From a virus: a stretch of DNA of 64,000 nt. Below are positions 10,320-19,520 of this stretch, piece after piece. The notes beneath the pieces are model-generated. The model made no database searches and was not told the origin of the DNA. It saw only the letters and a list, made by a program, of their open reading frames with translations. The stretch covers positions 1 to 64,000 of IMG/VR virus record IMGVR_UViG_3300046535_001869. One strand, given 5' to 3'. The position numbers were made by a program, and so were the translations under genes. How positions within the stretch are numbered: the first letter of the stretch is position 1; each line of letters begins with the position of its first letter.

Positions 10320-11028
10320 TCTGACTGTTGGTAGGCTCCCGCGCGCGACTGGTATCGCCCAGGTCGACGACTCCGCGTTCGTCGATGAGGGGTCGACCGG
10401 AATGACGGTGCGGCTCACATCGAGCTTGGATTCGTATGGGGATCAGGGACTAATCGTAGAGGGTCCGCCGGTTAGTGGTTCCGGTCCCACTATTGCGATC
10501 GGGTTGACAACCGGGGTAGGAGCGGGTGGCTTCGAAGCCCAAACTTTCGTTGGTCCTGGCGATATCTCGTTCTCCTTTATTACTTTGGCGCACGGCGGAA
10601 CGGTCGAGGCACCTACCTATCTGCCAGATACCACGATCGTCGGTAACTACGCAGCGTTTGCTTATGCTAGCGGGACGATGGGCGCCGTCACCTATAAGAC
10701 CGTCGCTGAGATAAATGTCGTCGCTGCTGGTGATCATTCCTCCGGCAACGCCGCGGTCAATTTTGGCATCAAGACCTGGAACAATGCGCAGGACTACTCC
10801 ACGCGCCTCGAGATTGACGGCGACGGCCACACCCGCGTCCTAAACGGCTATTTAGTCACCGACGACGTCCAGCTAGTCTCGGAGCTTCCCGCCGCATCAT
10901 CCGTTCCCCTCGGTACGCGCACGATGGTCAGCGATGCGCTGGCGCCGGTCTTCGCCGCGATCGTCGTTGGTAGCGGCGGCGTGGTCTGCCCGGTCTACAG
11001 CGACCACGTCAACTGGCGCTGCGGCTAA
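10312..11028 (+). CDS. Putative short fibre/decoration protein
   Basis: N-terminal MANLTVGRLPRAT; C-terminal VSELPAAS..VSDA..PVYSDHVNWRCG fibre-tip-like motif. Confidence 0.5.
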   Translation: MANLTVGRLPRATGIAQVDDSAFVDEGSTGMTVRLTSSLDSYGDQGLIVEGPPVSGSGPTIAIGLTTGVGAGGFEAQTFVGPGDISFSFITLAHGGTVEAPTYLPDTTIVGNYAAFAYASGTMGAVTYKTVAEINVVAAGDHSSGNAAVNFGIKTWNNAQDYSTRLEIDGDGHTRVLNGYLVTDDVQLVSELPAASSVPLGTRTMVSDALAPVFAAIVVGSGGVVCPVYSDHVNWRCG

Positions 11029-11062
11029 AGTCTACTTTTCTCCGAAATGGAGTAAACCTTAA

Positions 11063-12817
11063 ATGCCCATCTCCGTGACGCCGGCCATCCCCGCTTCCCA
11101 GATCGTAAACGTGATCCCATCGGTCCTCGCGGCCGGTGGCGACGCGCTCGACTTGGTTGGCCTGATCCTCACGACGGACATCCATCCGCCGATCGGCGAG
11201 GTGCTATCGTTCGCTGACGCTGCCGACGTGACGGATTACTTCGGCGGGCTGACCCAAGAGGACGCGCTCGGGACGATCTACTTCAACGGCCCGGACAACG
11301 CCACGGCCCAACCCGGCGCGCTGCTCGTGGCGCAGTACCCGCTAGTTGCGGTCTCTGGCTATCTGCGCGGCGGTGACATCTCCGGGATGGCGCTGGCCGA
11401 CCTCCAGGCGCTGCCGGTCGAGGCGTTTCACATCACGATCGCCGGGGCGGACCAGCCGACCTCGACGATCAATCTCTCGACGGCGACGAGCTTCTCGTCC
11501 GCCGCGATAATAATCGCCGGACGCACGGGATGGGACGGCCCGCAGGACGGGACGGCTACGGTCGCCATCACGGGGACGACCATGACGGTCTCCTCGGTCG
11601 CTAGCGGCACAATCGGAGTCGGAGACCACGTCCAGGGCACCGGGTTCACGGGCCAGGTATTCATCACGGCGCAACTCACCGGTACCGGCGGGGTGGGCAC
11701 CTACACCATCACCCCCAGCCAGCCGGGGACCTCGCCCGCGACGTCCCGCGACATCTATAAGCCGTCGTGCTACTACGACTCCGTGTCCGGGGCGCTCGTC
11801 CTTCAGACCCCTGGGACTGGTGTCACGGCGACGATCGGGTTCGCCACTGGCTCCGGGGCGGGTACGATCCAGGATAGCCTCAAGTTCACCGCCGCGACCG
11901 GTGCAGTCCTCTCTCAGGGTGCCGACGCGGCCGTGCCCGGTACGTTCATGGACGCGCTGATTGCGCGGACCCAGAACTGGGCCTCGTTTATGACCACTTG
12001 GGAGCCCGTGACGGCGGACAAGGAGGGGTTCGCGACGTGGACCAACGCGCAGCGCAACCGCTTCGTCTACGAGATGTGGGATACCGACGTGGCCAACATC
12101 GCAACCGGATCGGGCTCGGCCGCGGTCGCGTTCGTCAACGCCGGGGCGCTGTCTGGCATCTCGATGATCTATGAGGACCCGTCCGTCGACACCGTCGGCG
12201 GCGAGCTCGCGGCGTTCGAGATGGGGTGGACGGCCTCGCTCGACTTCACGCGACTCAATGGCCGGCAGACCGCGGCGTTCAAGCGCCAGTCGGGGTTGGC
12301 ACCGCAGATCTTCGACGGGACCGCGGCGAGCAACCTAATCGCCAAGGGGATGAACTTCTTTGGGGATTATACGACCCCGAACGAGGCGTTCCGATGGTAC
12401 TACCCGGGGTCGATCTCCGGGGAGTTCGTGTGGAAGGACTCGTATGTAAATCAGATCTGGCTCAACGCTGCGCTCCAGCTCGCGATCATGGTTGGGCTCG
12501 ATAATTCTCCGTCAATCCCGTATAACAGCGACGGGTACACGCAGATCGAGTCTTTCGTGATGGACCCGATCAACGCGGGGGTTCGGTTCGGCGCGATCGT
12601 CGCCGGGGTCGCGCTCTCGGCCGCCCAGAAGACCGAGGTAAATCGAGCGGCTGGGCTGACGATCGATACGATCCTCTTCCAGCGTGGCTGGTACTTCCAG
12701 GTGTCGCCCGCGACGGCGGCTATCAGGCGGGCACGAACGAGCCCATCCTGCACCCTTTGGTATTGCGACGGCGGGTCGATCCAGAAGATCACGCTCGCGA
12801 GCATCGAGATCCAGTAA
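11063..12817 (+). CDS. Tail sheath protein (DUF3383-like)
   Basis: IPASQIVNVIPSVLAAGG..YVNQIWLN..IPYN..GY..WYCDGGSIQKITLASIEIQ. Confidence 0.85.
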   Translation: MPISVTPAIPASQIVNVIPSVLAAGGDALDLVGLILTTDIHPPIGEVLSFADAADVTDYFGGLTQEDALGTIYFNGPDNATAQPGALLVAQYPLVAVSGYLRGGDISGMALADLQALPVEAFHITIAGADQPTSTINLSTATSFSSAAIIIAGRTGWDGPQDGTATVAITGTTMTVSSVASGTIGVGDHVQGTGFTGQVFITAQLTGTGGVGTYTITPSQPGTSPATSRDIYKPSCYYDSVSGALVLQTPGTGVTATIGFATGSGAGTIQDSLKFTAATGAVLSQGADAAVPGTFMDALIARTQNWASFMTTWEPVTADKEGFATWTNAQRNRFVYEMWDTDVANIATGSGSAAVAFVNAGALSGISMIYEDPSVDTVGGELAAFEMGWTASLDFTRLNGRQTAAFKRQSGLAPQIFDGTAASNLIAKGMNFFGDYTTPNEAFRWYYPGSISGEFVWKDSYVNQIWLNAALQLAIMVGLDNSPSIPYNSDGYTQIESFVMDPINAGVRFGAIVAGVALSAAQKTEVNRAAGLTIDTILFQRGWYFQVSPATAAIRRARTSPSCTLWYCDGGSIQKITLASIEIQ

Positions 12818-12850
12818 ATAGCGCGTCGAGACAAGGAGCCTTGAAATCCA

Positions 12851-13300
12851 ATGGCGACGATTACCGCTGCAAATGCGATCTTCCTTTTAACGATCGCCGA
12901 TCTTTATCCTGTAGCACAGCGGCTCCGTGGCTTCGGTGTCGATGATGCGTTCACGACGGACGCTGCGGATATGGGTGAGACCCAGGTCGGCGTCGACGGC
13001 TATGGTGTCGGCGGTTATGTGCCGCGCGTCGTCCCGATGACAATCCGATTCCTCGCCTCGTCCACCTCCCTCGATGTGTTCGAGAACTGGATCGGCGCGA
13101 TGGATGCCGCTCAGGAGGTGATCTACGGCAGCGCCGTTATCAATCAGCCATCAATCGGTCGGAAGTACACGTGTTACCTAGGCCAATTGATGCGCGTTAA
13201 CACGATGGCAGACGTCCGGCGGGTCCTAGCTAATCGGGAATTTCATATCTCGTGGCTCCCCCAAGGCACCATACCCGCGATCAGCGCCGCGCCGGTATAA
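12851..13300 (+). CDS. Tail tube protein
   Basis: MATITAANA..L.GF..DDAF..ETQVGVDG; directly follows the sheath gene. Confidence 0.8.
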   Translation: MATITAANAIFLLTIADLYPVAQRLRGFGVDDAFTTDAADMGETQVGVDGYGVGGYVPRVVPMTIRFLASSTSLDVFENWIGAMDAAQEVIYGSAVINQPSIGRKYTCYLGQLMRVNTMADVRRVLANREFHISWLPQGTIPAISAAPV

Positions 13301-13396
13301 TGCAGCGCGCCAGGAGCCTGCTGGAGAGCGGAAGCGTCCCGGGCGCGGTAACCTTACCCTGTGGGGCTAAGCGCGTCCAGCGCCGTCCCTAGACGC

Positions 13397-13591
13397 TTAG
13401 TGCCATCCCCAGGTCTGCCGGCTCACGCACCCGACTTTCTTGTAGTTGTTGCCGTGCCCGGTCGGCCCGTTCAGGTCCTTATAGATGGCCGCCCGTTGCT
13501 CGCACTGGGTGGCGGAGGCCAGCGGTTCCGAGAGTAGGTTGCACGACGTACCGGTGGCCATGTATAGGCACATCATAACGGCGTAGACCAT
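13397..13591 (-). CDS. Inverted small Cys-rich protein (moron-like)
   Basis: Only minus-strand gene in the tail operon; hydrophobic N-terminus, four Cys, GAAGGGG SD. Confidence 0.55.
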   Translation of the reverse strand: MVYAVMMCLYMATGTSCNLLSEPLASATQCEQRAAIYKDLNGPTGHGNNYKKVGCVSRQTWGWH

Positions 13592-13626
13592 GAGATTTCC
13601 CCTTCGTTAAAAACGTTCCAGTACAT

Positions 13627-13661
13627 TTACATAGTTACCTTCGCGAGAAAGTAAACCCCTT
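13627..13661 (-). promoter_or_regulatory. Copy of the phage early-promoter -35 element (GGGGTTTACTTT)
   Basis: aaagtaaacccct at 13648-13660 matches the repeat family; the -10 match is weaker. Confidence 0.5.
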
Positions 13662-13664
13662 ACC

Positions 13665-14267
13665 ATGCGGAAATCGAAGACCGTCGTGATCGAGGCCGAG
13701 GGCCGCGATCAGGGCAAGGCGTTCCTCCTAACCGAGATGCCGGCGCGCCAGGCCGAGGCCTGGGCCGACCGCGCGTTCCTCGCACTGGCCCACTCCAGCA
13801 TCGACCTGCCCGCCGGGATGGAGCGGTCCGGGATGGCGGGGATCGCCCAGCTGATGCGTCTGCTTGGCGATTCCGAAGTCCCCGACGCCGGCCCTCTGAT
13901 GAACGAGCTCGTCTCGACGCTGAGGATCGCCAATATCACGACGACGGCGCGCCTGGTGGCGCACATCAAGTTCCCGGAGCTCCAGCCGCTGATGGACGAG
14001 ATCCTCGGGTGCGTCCAGTTCGTCTGGGACCGCGGGAAGGGCCTGACGCGCCCGCTCAAGGACGACGGTGACGAGGGCGACGATATAGAGGAGGTCTCAA
14101 CCCGGCAGTTCCTGCGCTCGGAGGTGCTCGGGCTCCACGTAAATTTTTTGCTGGCCGCCGTGATCTTGAACTCGATCGCAGCGGCCTCGGAGATGCGAGA
14201 GCTACCGAGCCTAGAGACTACGTCAACGTCGCCTCCGCCGTCGGCGCCGTCGTCTCCGGCCGCCTAG
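13665..14267 (+). CDS. Tail assembly chaperone
   Basis: GRDQGKAFLLTEMPARQAEAWA..DIEEVSTR..LRSEVLGLHVNF; lies between tube and tape measure. Confidence 0.8.
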   Translation: MRKSKTVVIEAEGRDQGKAFLLTEMPARQAEAWADRAFLALAHSSIDLPAGMERSGMAGIAQLMRLLGDSEVPDAGPLMNELVSTLRIANITTTARLVAHIKFPELQPLMDEILGCVQFVWDRGKGLTRPLKDDGDEGDDIEEVSTRQFLRSEVLGLHVNFLLAAVILNSIAAASEMRELPSLETTSTSPPPSAPSSPAA

Positions 14268-14380
14268 CGACGTTGATCGAGCTCGATACGGTGTATGGGG
14301 TTCAGGACCTCTACGATCTGCTGGAGATACTACTGATCGACTCCCATAACCGAGCGGCTGCGATGAAGGTGGACGAGTAG
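14144..14380 (+). CDS. -1 frameshift extension of tail assembly chaperone
   Basis: Slippery T TTT TTG at 14144-14150; the -1 frame is open to TAG 14380 and encodes YVNV..VVSGRLATLIELDTVYGVQDLYDLLEI. Confidence 0.75.
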   Translation, partial: FFAGRRDLELDRSGLGDARATEPRDYVNVASAVGAVVSGRLATLIELDTVYGVQDLYDLLEILLIDSHNRAAAMKVDE

Positions 14381-14381
14381 C

Positions 14382-16181
14382 GTGCCCACGATCGTGGACT
14401 CTCTGATCGTGACGTTGTCCTTGGACCCTCGGAACTTCACCCAGGGGCAGAAGCATGCCATAGCGAGCCTGCAGCAAACCGCGCGGCAAATGCAGGCCAC
14501 GGCGACGAGCGTCCAGCGCTCCGGGAACCAGGCCGTCGCAGTCATCCAGGGCATCACGCACCCGGTCAACGCACTCCAGATGGCGTTCCAGCGCCTCGCG
14601 GTAACTACGGCGCGGCAGAGCCCGTTCCAGACGAACCTGGCGCAGATCGCAGCGCAGGGGCGCCGGACCGGCGCGGGCATCCAACAGGGCGCACTCGCGG
14701 GCGCGTCTGGACTCCGGATCCTCGGGGTCGCAGGCCTCGGCGCGTTCGCGGCGATCGAGACGCTGCGCAAGGCGATGGACCACGCCAAGAGCGCGGCCGG
14801 GGGCATCTTCACGGCCAGCGTCGGCGCAGGTGCCGCTGGCATGAACATCGAGCGGTTCACGGCCATCTCTCAGGCGCTGCAGACGCATGGCAACGTCGCG
14901 CAGCAGCAGACGCAGTCGTGGCTGAGTCAGATGGCACAGCGCCAGTTCGTCGCCCGTACCACCGGCGAGGGCGCGAGTGAGCTCGCGTTGGGTGCCGCGC
15001 GGACCGGCGCCAACATCAACGCGTTTTCGGACACGCCCGAGGAGATGATGCGGAAGATGGCCGCTACCTTCGCTGGCCTGTCCAAGCAGGAGGCGATCGG
15101 GCGCGGGAGCTTCCTGGGTCTTAGTCCGGAGCAGTCTCTCGCGCTACGCGAGTCCGGCAATAACTTCACACGGTTCGTCGACCAGGCGGCCGTTACCCTC
15201 AAGAGCCAGGAGCAGGCGGCCCGCGGCGTGACCGACGCGTCGAACCGGATGAGCGAGGCGTTCGGCAAGCTGACGCGCCTGATCGACGAGCAGTTGGCGC
15301 CGGGGATCGTGAAGGTCTATGATCTGATCACAAGGATCCTAAACCTGGTCACCGGTACCCTCGGGAAGCCGTTTGACGAGCCAGGTGCGAATACCGGGCC
15401 GCACGGCGCGTTCGTCGAGGGCATCAGGCGCGGATTGAACTGGTTACGAGGCGGGTCGCCCGCCACGAGCGCTCCGATCCCTCCGGGACCAGGCGCCGGC
15501 CATGTCGCACCGAGGGCTGAGCGCGTCGCCTTCATGCGTTCCTACGCAGCGAGTAAGGGTCTGAATCCAAACGCGGTCGAGGCGACGGCACGCGGCGAGG
15601 GGTTGAACGTCTATACTGGCGACAAAGGGACGTCGTTCGGCGATTTCCAGCTCCACGTCGGCGGCGGGATGGGGGATCAGGCACTTCGCGCCGGTGTGGA
15701 CATAAGGGACCCGAATAAGTGGAAGGAGCAGGACACGTTCGCTATCGACCAGATGGCTGCCAACCGTGACAAGGGTGCCGCCTGGTACGCGGGCCAGTGG
15801 CACGGTGCCCCAGGCTGGGCTGCAGCACAGTTCGCTATCCCCGGGTCGGCACCATCTCTCCCTGCAGCGGTGACCGCTGGGAGATCGGCGCTTCCTCCTG
15901 GAGTTCGCCTTAACTCCAGGGGCCAGATGATAAGCGAGGATCTCTTCCGCGACGTTTCAGGCCAGAGGGTCGGTGCCTCCGGTGCGCACGTCGATTTAGC
16001 ATACATGCGAGCGAACGCGGCGCGAGCTGCGGCTAACGCTTCGTCCGTTACCAACCACGGCAACGTGAGCGTCGGTGACGTGAACGTCTATACGCAGGCG
16101 ACGGACCCGGCGGCCGTCGCCCAGGCGGTCAAGACCTCGATCCAGCGTTCGGTGACCCAGGCCAATACGGGGTTGGAGTAG
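14382..16181 (+). CDS. Tape measure protein with C-terminal lysozyme/transglycosylase-like domain
   Basis: MPTIVDSLIVTLSLD; Ala/Gln-rich helical region; YAASKGLNP..ARGEG..SFGDFQL. Confidence 0.8.
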   Translation: MPTIVDSLIVTLSLDPRNFTQGQKHAIASLQQTARQMQATATSVQRSGNQAVAVIQGITHPVNALQMAFQRLAVTTARQSPFQTNLAQIAAQGRRTGAGIQQGALAGASGLRILGVAGLGAFAAIETLRKAMDHAKSAAGGIFTASVGAGAAGMNIERFTAISQALQTHGNVAQQQTQSWLSQMAQRQFVARTTGEGASELALGAARTGANINAFSDTPEEMMRKMAATFAGLSKQEAIGRGSFLGLSPEQSLALRESGNNFTRFVDQAAVTLKSQEQAARGVTDASNRMSEAFGKLTRLIDEQLAPGIVKVYDLITRILNLVTGTLGKPFDEPGANTGPHGAFVEGIRRGLNWLRGGSPATSAPIPPGPGAGHVAPRAERVAFMRSYAASKGLNPNAVEATARGEGLNVYTGDKGTSFGDFQLHVGGGMGDQALRAGVDIRDPNKWKEQDTFAIDQMAANRDKGAAWYAGQWHGAPGWAAAQFAIPGSAPSLPAAVTAGRSALPPGVRLNSRGQMISEDLFRDVSGQRVGASGAHVDLAYMRANAARAAANASSVTNHGNVSVGDVNVYTQATDPAAVAQAVKTSIQRSVTQANTGLE

Positions 16182-16182
16182 G

Positions 16183-16752
16183 GTGGCCCGCGGTCTTCTG
16201 ATAGCCGACAGTCCTGGGCTCATCGCCGCGTTCGGACCACCCCAATGGGGGATCTTCGACCAGAACGGCTCGCCGATCCTTGTGGTCGACGCGGTGGCCG
16301 ACGTCGAGTATGCGCACGACTACCGGATCTCCGACTATCCGCAGGAGGAGGGCGCATTCGCGAGCTACAACAAGGTCCAGGTCCCGTATCAAGCGAAGGT
16401 CGGGTTCTTCATCGCACAGTCGCGCGAGTCGTTCCTGAACGGGATCGAGGCTAAGCTCAAGTCCCTCGACTTTTTCTCAGTCGTCACCCCGGAGATCCGG
16501 TATTCAAGCGCCAACCTGACGCATTTTGGCTACCGGCGCGACGTCAGATCGGGAGTAACCCTGATCAAGGTAGAGGTCTGGTGTGAGGAGGTCCGGATCG
16601 TCAACGCGATCGTACCTTCTAACCCGCAGTCGACGAACGCCGCGACGCCGACCCAGTCGGGTCAGGTGCAGCCGATACCGGCAGGTGATGAGACCTTCTC
16701 TGATCTGGAGATCACTCCGGTAACGCCGACTCCGCTGAACCCGCCGACATGA
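16183..16752 (+). CDS. Tail tube initiator/baseplate protein
   Basis: QWGIFDQNG..ISDYPQEEGAFASYNKVQVP; synteny. Confidence 0.7.
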   Translation: MARGLLIADSPGLIAAFGPPQWGIFDQNGSPILVVDAVADVEYAHDYRISDYPQEEGAFASYNKVQVPYQAKVGFFIAQSRESFLNGIEAKLKSLDFFSVVTPEIRYSSANLTHFGYRRDVRSGVTLIKVEVWCEEVRIVNAIVPSNPQSTNAATPTQSGQVQPIPAGDETFSDLEITPVTPTPLNPPT

Positions 16753-17456
16753 CTAGCCTGAACTTTCAGATCGTTCCGACGACGGAGGCTCCGGCGCAGC
16801 GCATCCAGACGACGCTTGGCGGTCAAGCAGTAACGATCGATCTCTATACGAAGAGCGTTAACGTCCCGGTCGTCCCTCCCGGCTCGATCGAGCCGTCCGA
16901 CATTCCGATGGGGTCCTTCCTTGGTGTCATCGCGGGCAACGTCCTGACCGTCGGTAGTGTCGCTGCGGGCGGTATCCCGCCCGGGGTGGTGATCATCAGG
17001 GGACCCGGGGTGCTGTACCCGACCTACGTCTCGAGGTTCGGGACCGGCGTCGGCGGCGTCGGGACGTACATCGTGACCCCGTCGCAGGATGTTGGGCCGG
17101 TCGGGATGTACGCCGTCGCGCCGGCCGCGCCGACCTACGAGAATACGAACCCGGTCTTCCTCGACCTTTACGTCAACGACACGACGCTGATCGTTGGTGG
17201 GGTGCCGTGCCTCAACGACGTCCGGATAGTGAGAGACACCTACCTCGGGTTCATCGGCGATCTGTCCGTGATCGACACGGAGGGGAATGACGACCCGCAG
17301 GGCGTGCCGCTCCGTCTTCCGCTGCCGCCGCTGCGGAACGTCTGGCAGCGCAATCTGCCGCTCTCGCTGGCGGGAAAGGCGCCGCCGAACCTAGCTAACC
17401 GTATCCCTGGTCTCGGGTCGCGCTTCCTTTTGACCTACTGGCCGAACCTACCGTGA
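16749..17456 (+). CDS. Baseplate protein with inserted beta module
   Basis: Q...TLGGQ..FLDLYVN..GVPCLN..YLGFIGDL..DTEG..DP..GLGSRFLLTY. Confidence 0.65.
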   Translation: MTSLNFQIVPTTEAPAQRIQTTLGGQAVTIDLYTKSVNVPVVPPGSIEPSDIPMGSFLGVIAGNVLTVGSVAAGGIPPGVVIIRGPGVLYPTYVSRFGTGVGGVGTYIVTPSQDVGPVGMYAVAPAAPTYENTNPVFLDLYVNDTTLIVGGVPCLNDVRIVRDTYLGFIGDLSVIDTEGNDDPQGVPLRLPLPPLRNVWQRNLPLSLAGKAPPNLANRIPGLGSRFLLTYWPNLP

Positions 17457-18352
17457 CCGCTCCGTACGCTATCAGGCGTATCGTCCTGACGCTCCAGATC
17501 GGCAAGGGTAATACAGCGATCCAACTCGCCAGCGGTAACCCCGGTTTACGGATCCACGCGCACGTCGAGTTCGCGAATATGCCGACCACCGGGAACGCGC
17601 AGATCCGGATCTTTGGCCTGACGCTGGACCACATGAACCAGCTCTCGGTCGCTGGGCTCGTGTTCGAGTCGCGCCAGGGGCAGAACTTCGTCGCGATCCA
17701 GGCCGGGGACGATGTCTCGGGGCTCGCGACGATCTTTAGGGGACAGATTATCGAGGCCTACCCGGACTTCGCGCGCCAGCCGGACGTCTCGTTCTTTATC
17801 TTCGCGACGCCGTCTAACGAGATCCAGTTGAAGCCGATCGAGCCGTCGACCTTCCAGGCTGGGACCTCCGCAGGGACAGCGTTAGAGCAGATCGTCAAGA
17901 AGGTTGGCCTCACGCTGGAGAACAGTGGGGTCAACGTCGTCCTCTCGTCTCCCTACTTCCCGGGTACGGCGTGGCAGCAGATCCTCTCGTTGATCCGTGC
18001 AGCCAACTGCTTTGCCTATGTCGATGGCGTAAATAAGAAGTTGGCGGTCTGGCCGAAGGACGGGAGTCGATCTGGCGGTAAGATCACCATCTCGCCCGAG
18101 AATGGGATGATTGGCTATCCGCAATTCCAGGCCCTTAATCTGGTAGTCCGGACGCTTTTCAATACTGAGGTTAGTCCAGCCGACCCTGGCAAGAACATCA
18201 CGGTTAAGAGCCAGCTGACGGCCGCTAATGGCGACTTTACGGTGATTGGAGTGACCCACGAGTTGATGAGCGAGATGCCAGACGGACCTTGGGAGACGAC
18301 GATCGTGGCAACGCCGGTGAAGTCTGGTGACTTCTCTCTGAGGCCTGCGTGA
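17453..18352 (+). CDS. Baseplate hub protein
   Basis: AQIRIFGL..AGDD..IFRGQI..ISPENGMIGYP..HELMSEMPDGPW. Confidence 0.75.
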   Translation: MTAPYAIRRIVLTLQIGKGNTAIQLASGNPGLRIHAHVEFANMPTTGNAQIRIFGLTLDHMNQLSVAGLVFESRQGQNFVAIQAGDDVSGLATIFRGQIIEAYPDFARQPDVSFFIFATPSNEIQLKPIEPSTFQAGTSAGTALEQIVKKVGLTLENSGVNVVLSSPYFPGTAWQQILSLIRAANCFAYVDGVNKKLAVWPKDGSRSGGKITISPENGMIGYPQFQALNLVVRTLFNTEVSPADPGKNITVKSQLTAANGDFTVIGVTHELMSEMPDGPWETTIVATPVKSGDFSLRPA

Positions 18353-19083
18353 GCGATACCCCGTTCCTCGGCGCGCAGGACCAGGGCGATGGCGCGAGCC
18401 AGCACAACGCGTCCGACTTCCACATTCAACAGGCGCTTGCTCAGATTAACACGGCCGCTATGGTCAAGATCGTCCGCGCGCCGTATGACAAGGACGGGAA
18501 GGACATCGACCCGGGCTCGGTCGTCCCCGTCGGCTACGTCGACGTTCAGCCGATGGTCCACCAGATCGACGGCCACGGCCAGCCGACGCCTCACGGGACC
18601 GTCTTCCGGCTGTCGTACCACCGGGTCCAAGGCGGCCGGAACGCGATCATCTCCGATCCAGAGAAGGGCGACATCGGCCAGATGGTCGTCAACAGCCGCG
18701 ATACGAGCATCGTGCGCTCGACCAACGACGTGGGGAACCCAGGGTCGAGGCGCAAGTTCGATCTTGCAGACGGCATCTATGTCGGGAGTCCCCAGCAGAA
18801 GGAGAAGCCGGAACAATACCTGTCCTTTCCGAAGGGTGGGATCGTCATCTGTAATAAGGACGGCTGGAAGATCACGTTCAACGAGGACGGGATCGAGATC
18901 GAGGCGAAGGGGAACACGATCACGATGGGCGAGGACGGGGTGACGATCAACGGGTGCCTTGTGAATAAGAACGGAGATGTCATCACAAAGAAGGGCGTGA
19001 ATTTGGATACACACACCCACAACCAGGGAAACGACTCTAACGGCGATACCGAAGTCCCGACCGACGAGCCGAACGTCGGATGA
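18349..19083 (+). CDS. Baseplate central spike (Gp138/gpV-like)
   Basis: VDVQPMV..QGGRNAIISDPEKGDIG..SRRKFDLADGIY; C-terminal HTH (HxH metal-binding) motif. Confidence 0.8.
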   Translation: MSDTPFLGAQDQGDGASQHNASDFHIQQALAQINTAAMVKIVRAPYDKDGKDIDPGSVVPVGYVDVQPMVHQIDGHGQPTPHGTVFRLSYHRVQGGRNAIISDPEKGDIGQMVVNSRDTSIVRSTNDVGNPGSRRKFDLADGIYVGSPQQKEKPEQYLSFPKGGIVICNKDGWKITFNEDGIEIEAKGNTITMGEDGVTINGCLVNKNGDVITKKGVNLDTHTHNQGNDSNGDTEVPTDEPNVG

Positions 19084-19520
19084 ACACCCTGCTTCTCAGC
19101 GCCCCGAGCGAGGATGTCCCGTCAGGCTGGGACCTACAGCTCGACACGGCCGGCAACCTGGCCGTTGCGACCGGCCACTACGCCATAGCCCAGGACGTCG
19201 CCTCGGCCGTGCGGACGTTCCTAGGCGAAGAATGGTATAATACGACGTCTGGCGTGCCGTATCTTGAGCAGATCCTTGGTCAGCGCCCACCGCTCCAGTT
19301 CCTCAAGGCCCAGTTCGTCGCGGCTGGGATGACCGTGCCCGGCGTGGCCGGCATTACCTGCTTCCTGACTGGCCCAGGCCTCAACCGCGAGGTTGGTGGC
19401 CAGCTCCAGATCACTAACGACGTGGACAACCTCTTGACCGTGATCGAGTCGACGACGATTCTCGCGCCCGGGGTATCGCCCTGGTATGTTGTTAGCGTTG
19501 GACCGGAGGACCTTGGCTGA
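19080..19520 (+). CDS. Baseplate wedge (gp25/W-like)
   Basis: WDLQLDTAGNLA..AQDVASAVRTFLGEEWYNTTSGVPY. Confidence 0.75.
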   Translation: MNTLLLSAPSEDVPSGWDLQLDTAGNLAVATGHYAIAQDVASAVRTFLGEEWYNTTSGVPYLEQILGQRPPLQFLKAQFVAAGMTVPGVAGITCFLTGPGLNREVGGQLQITNDVDNLLTVIESTTILAPGVSPWYVVSVGPEDLG

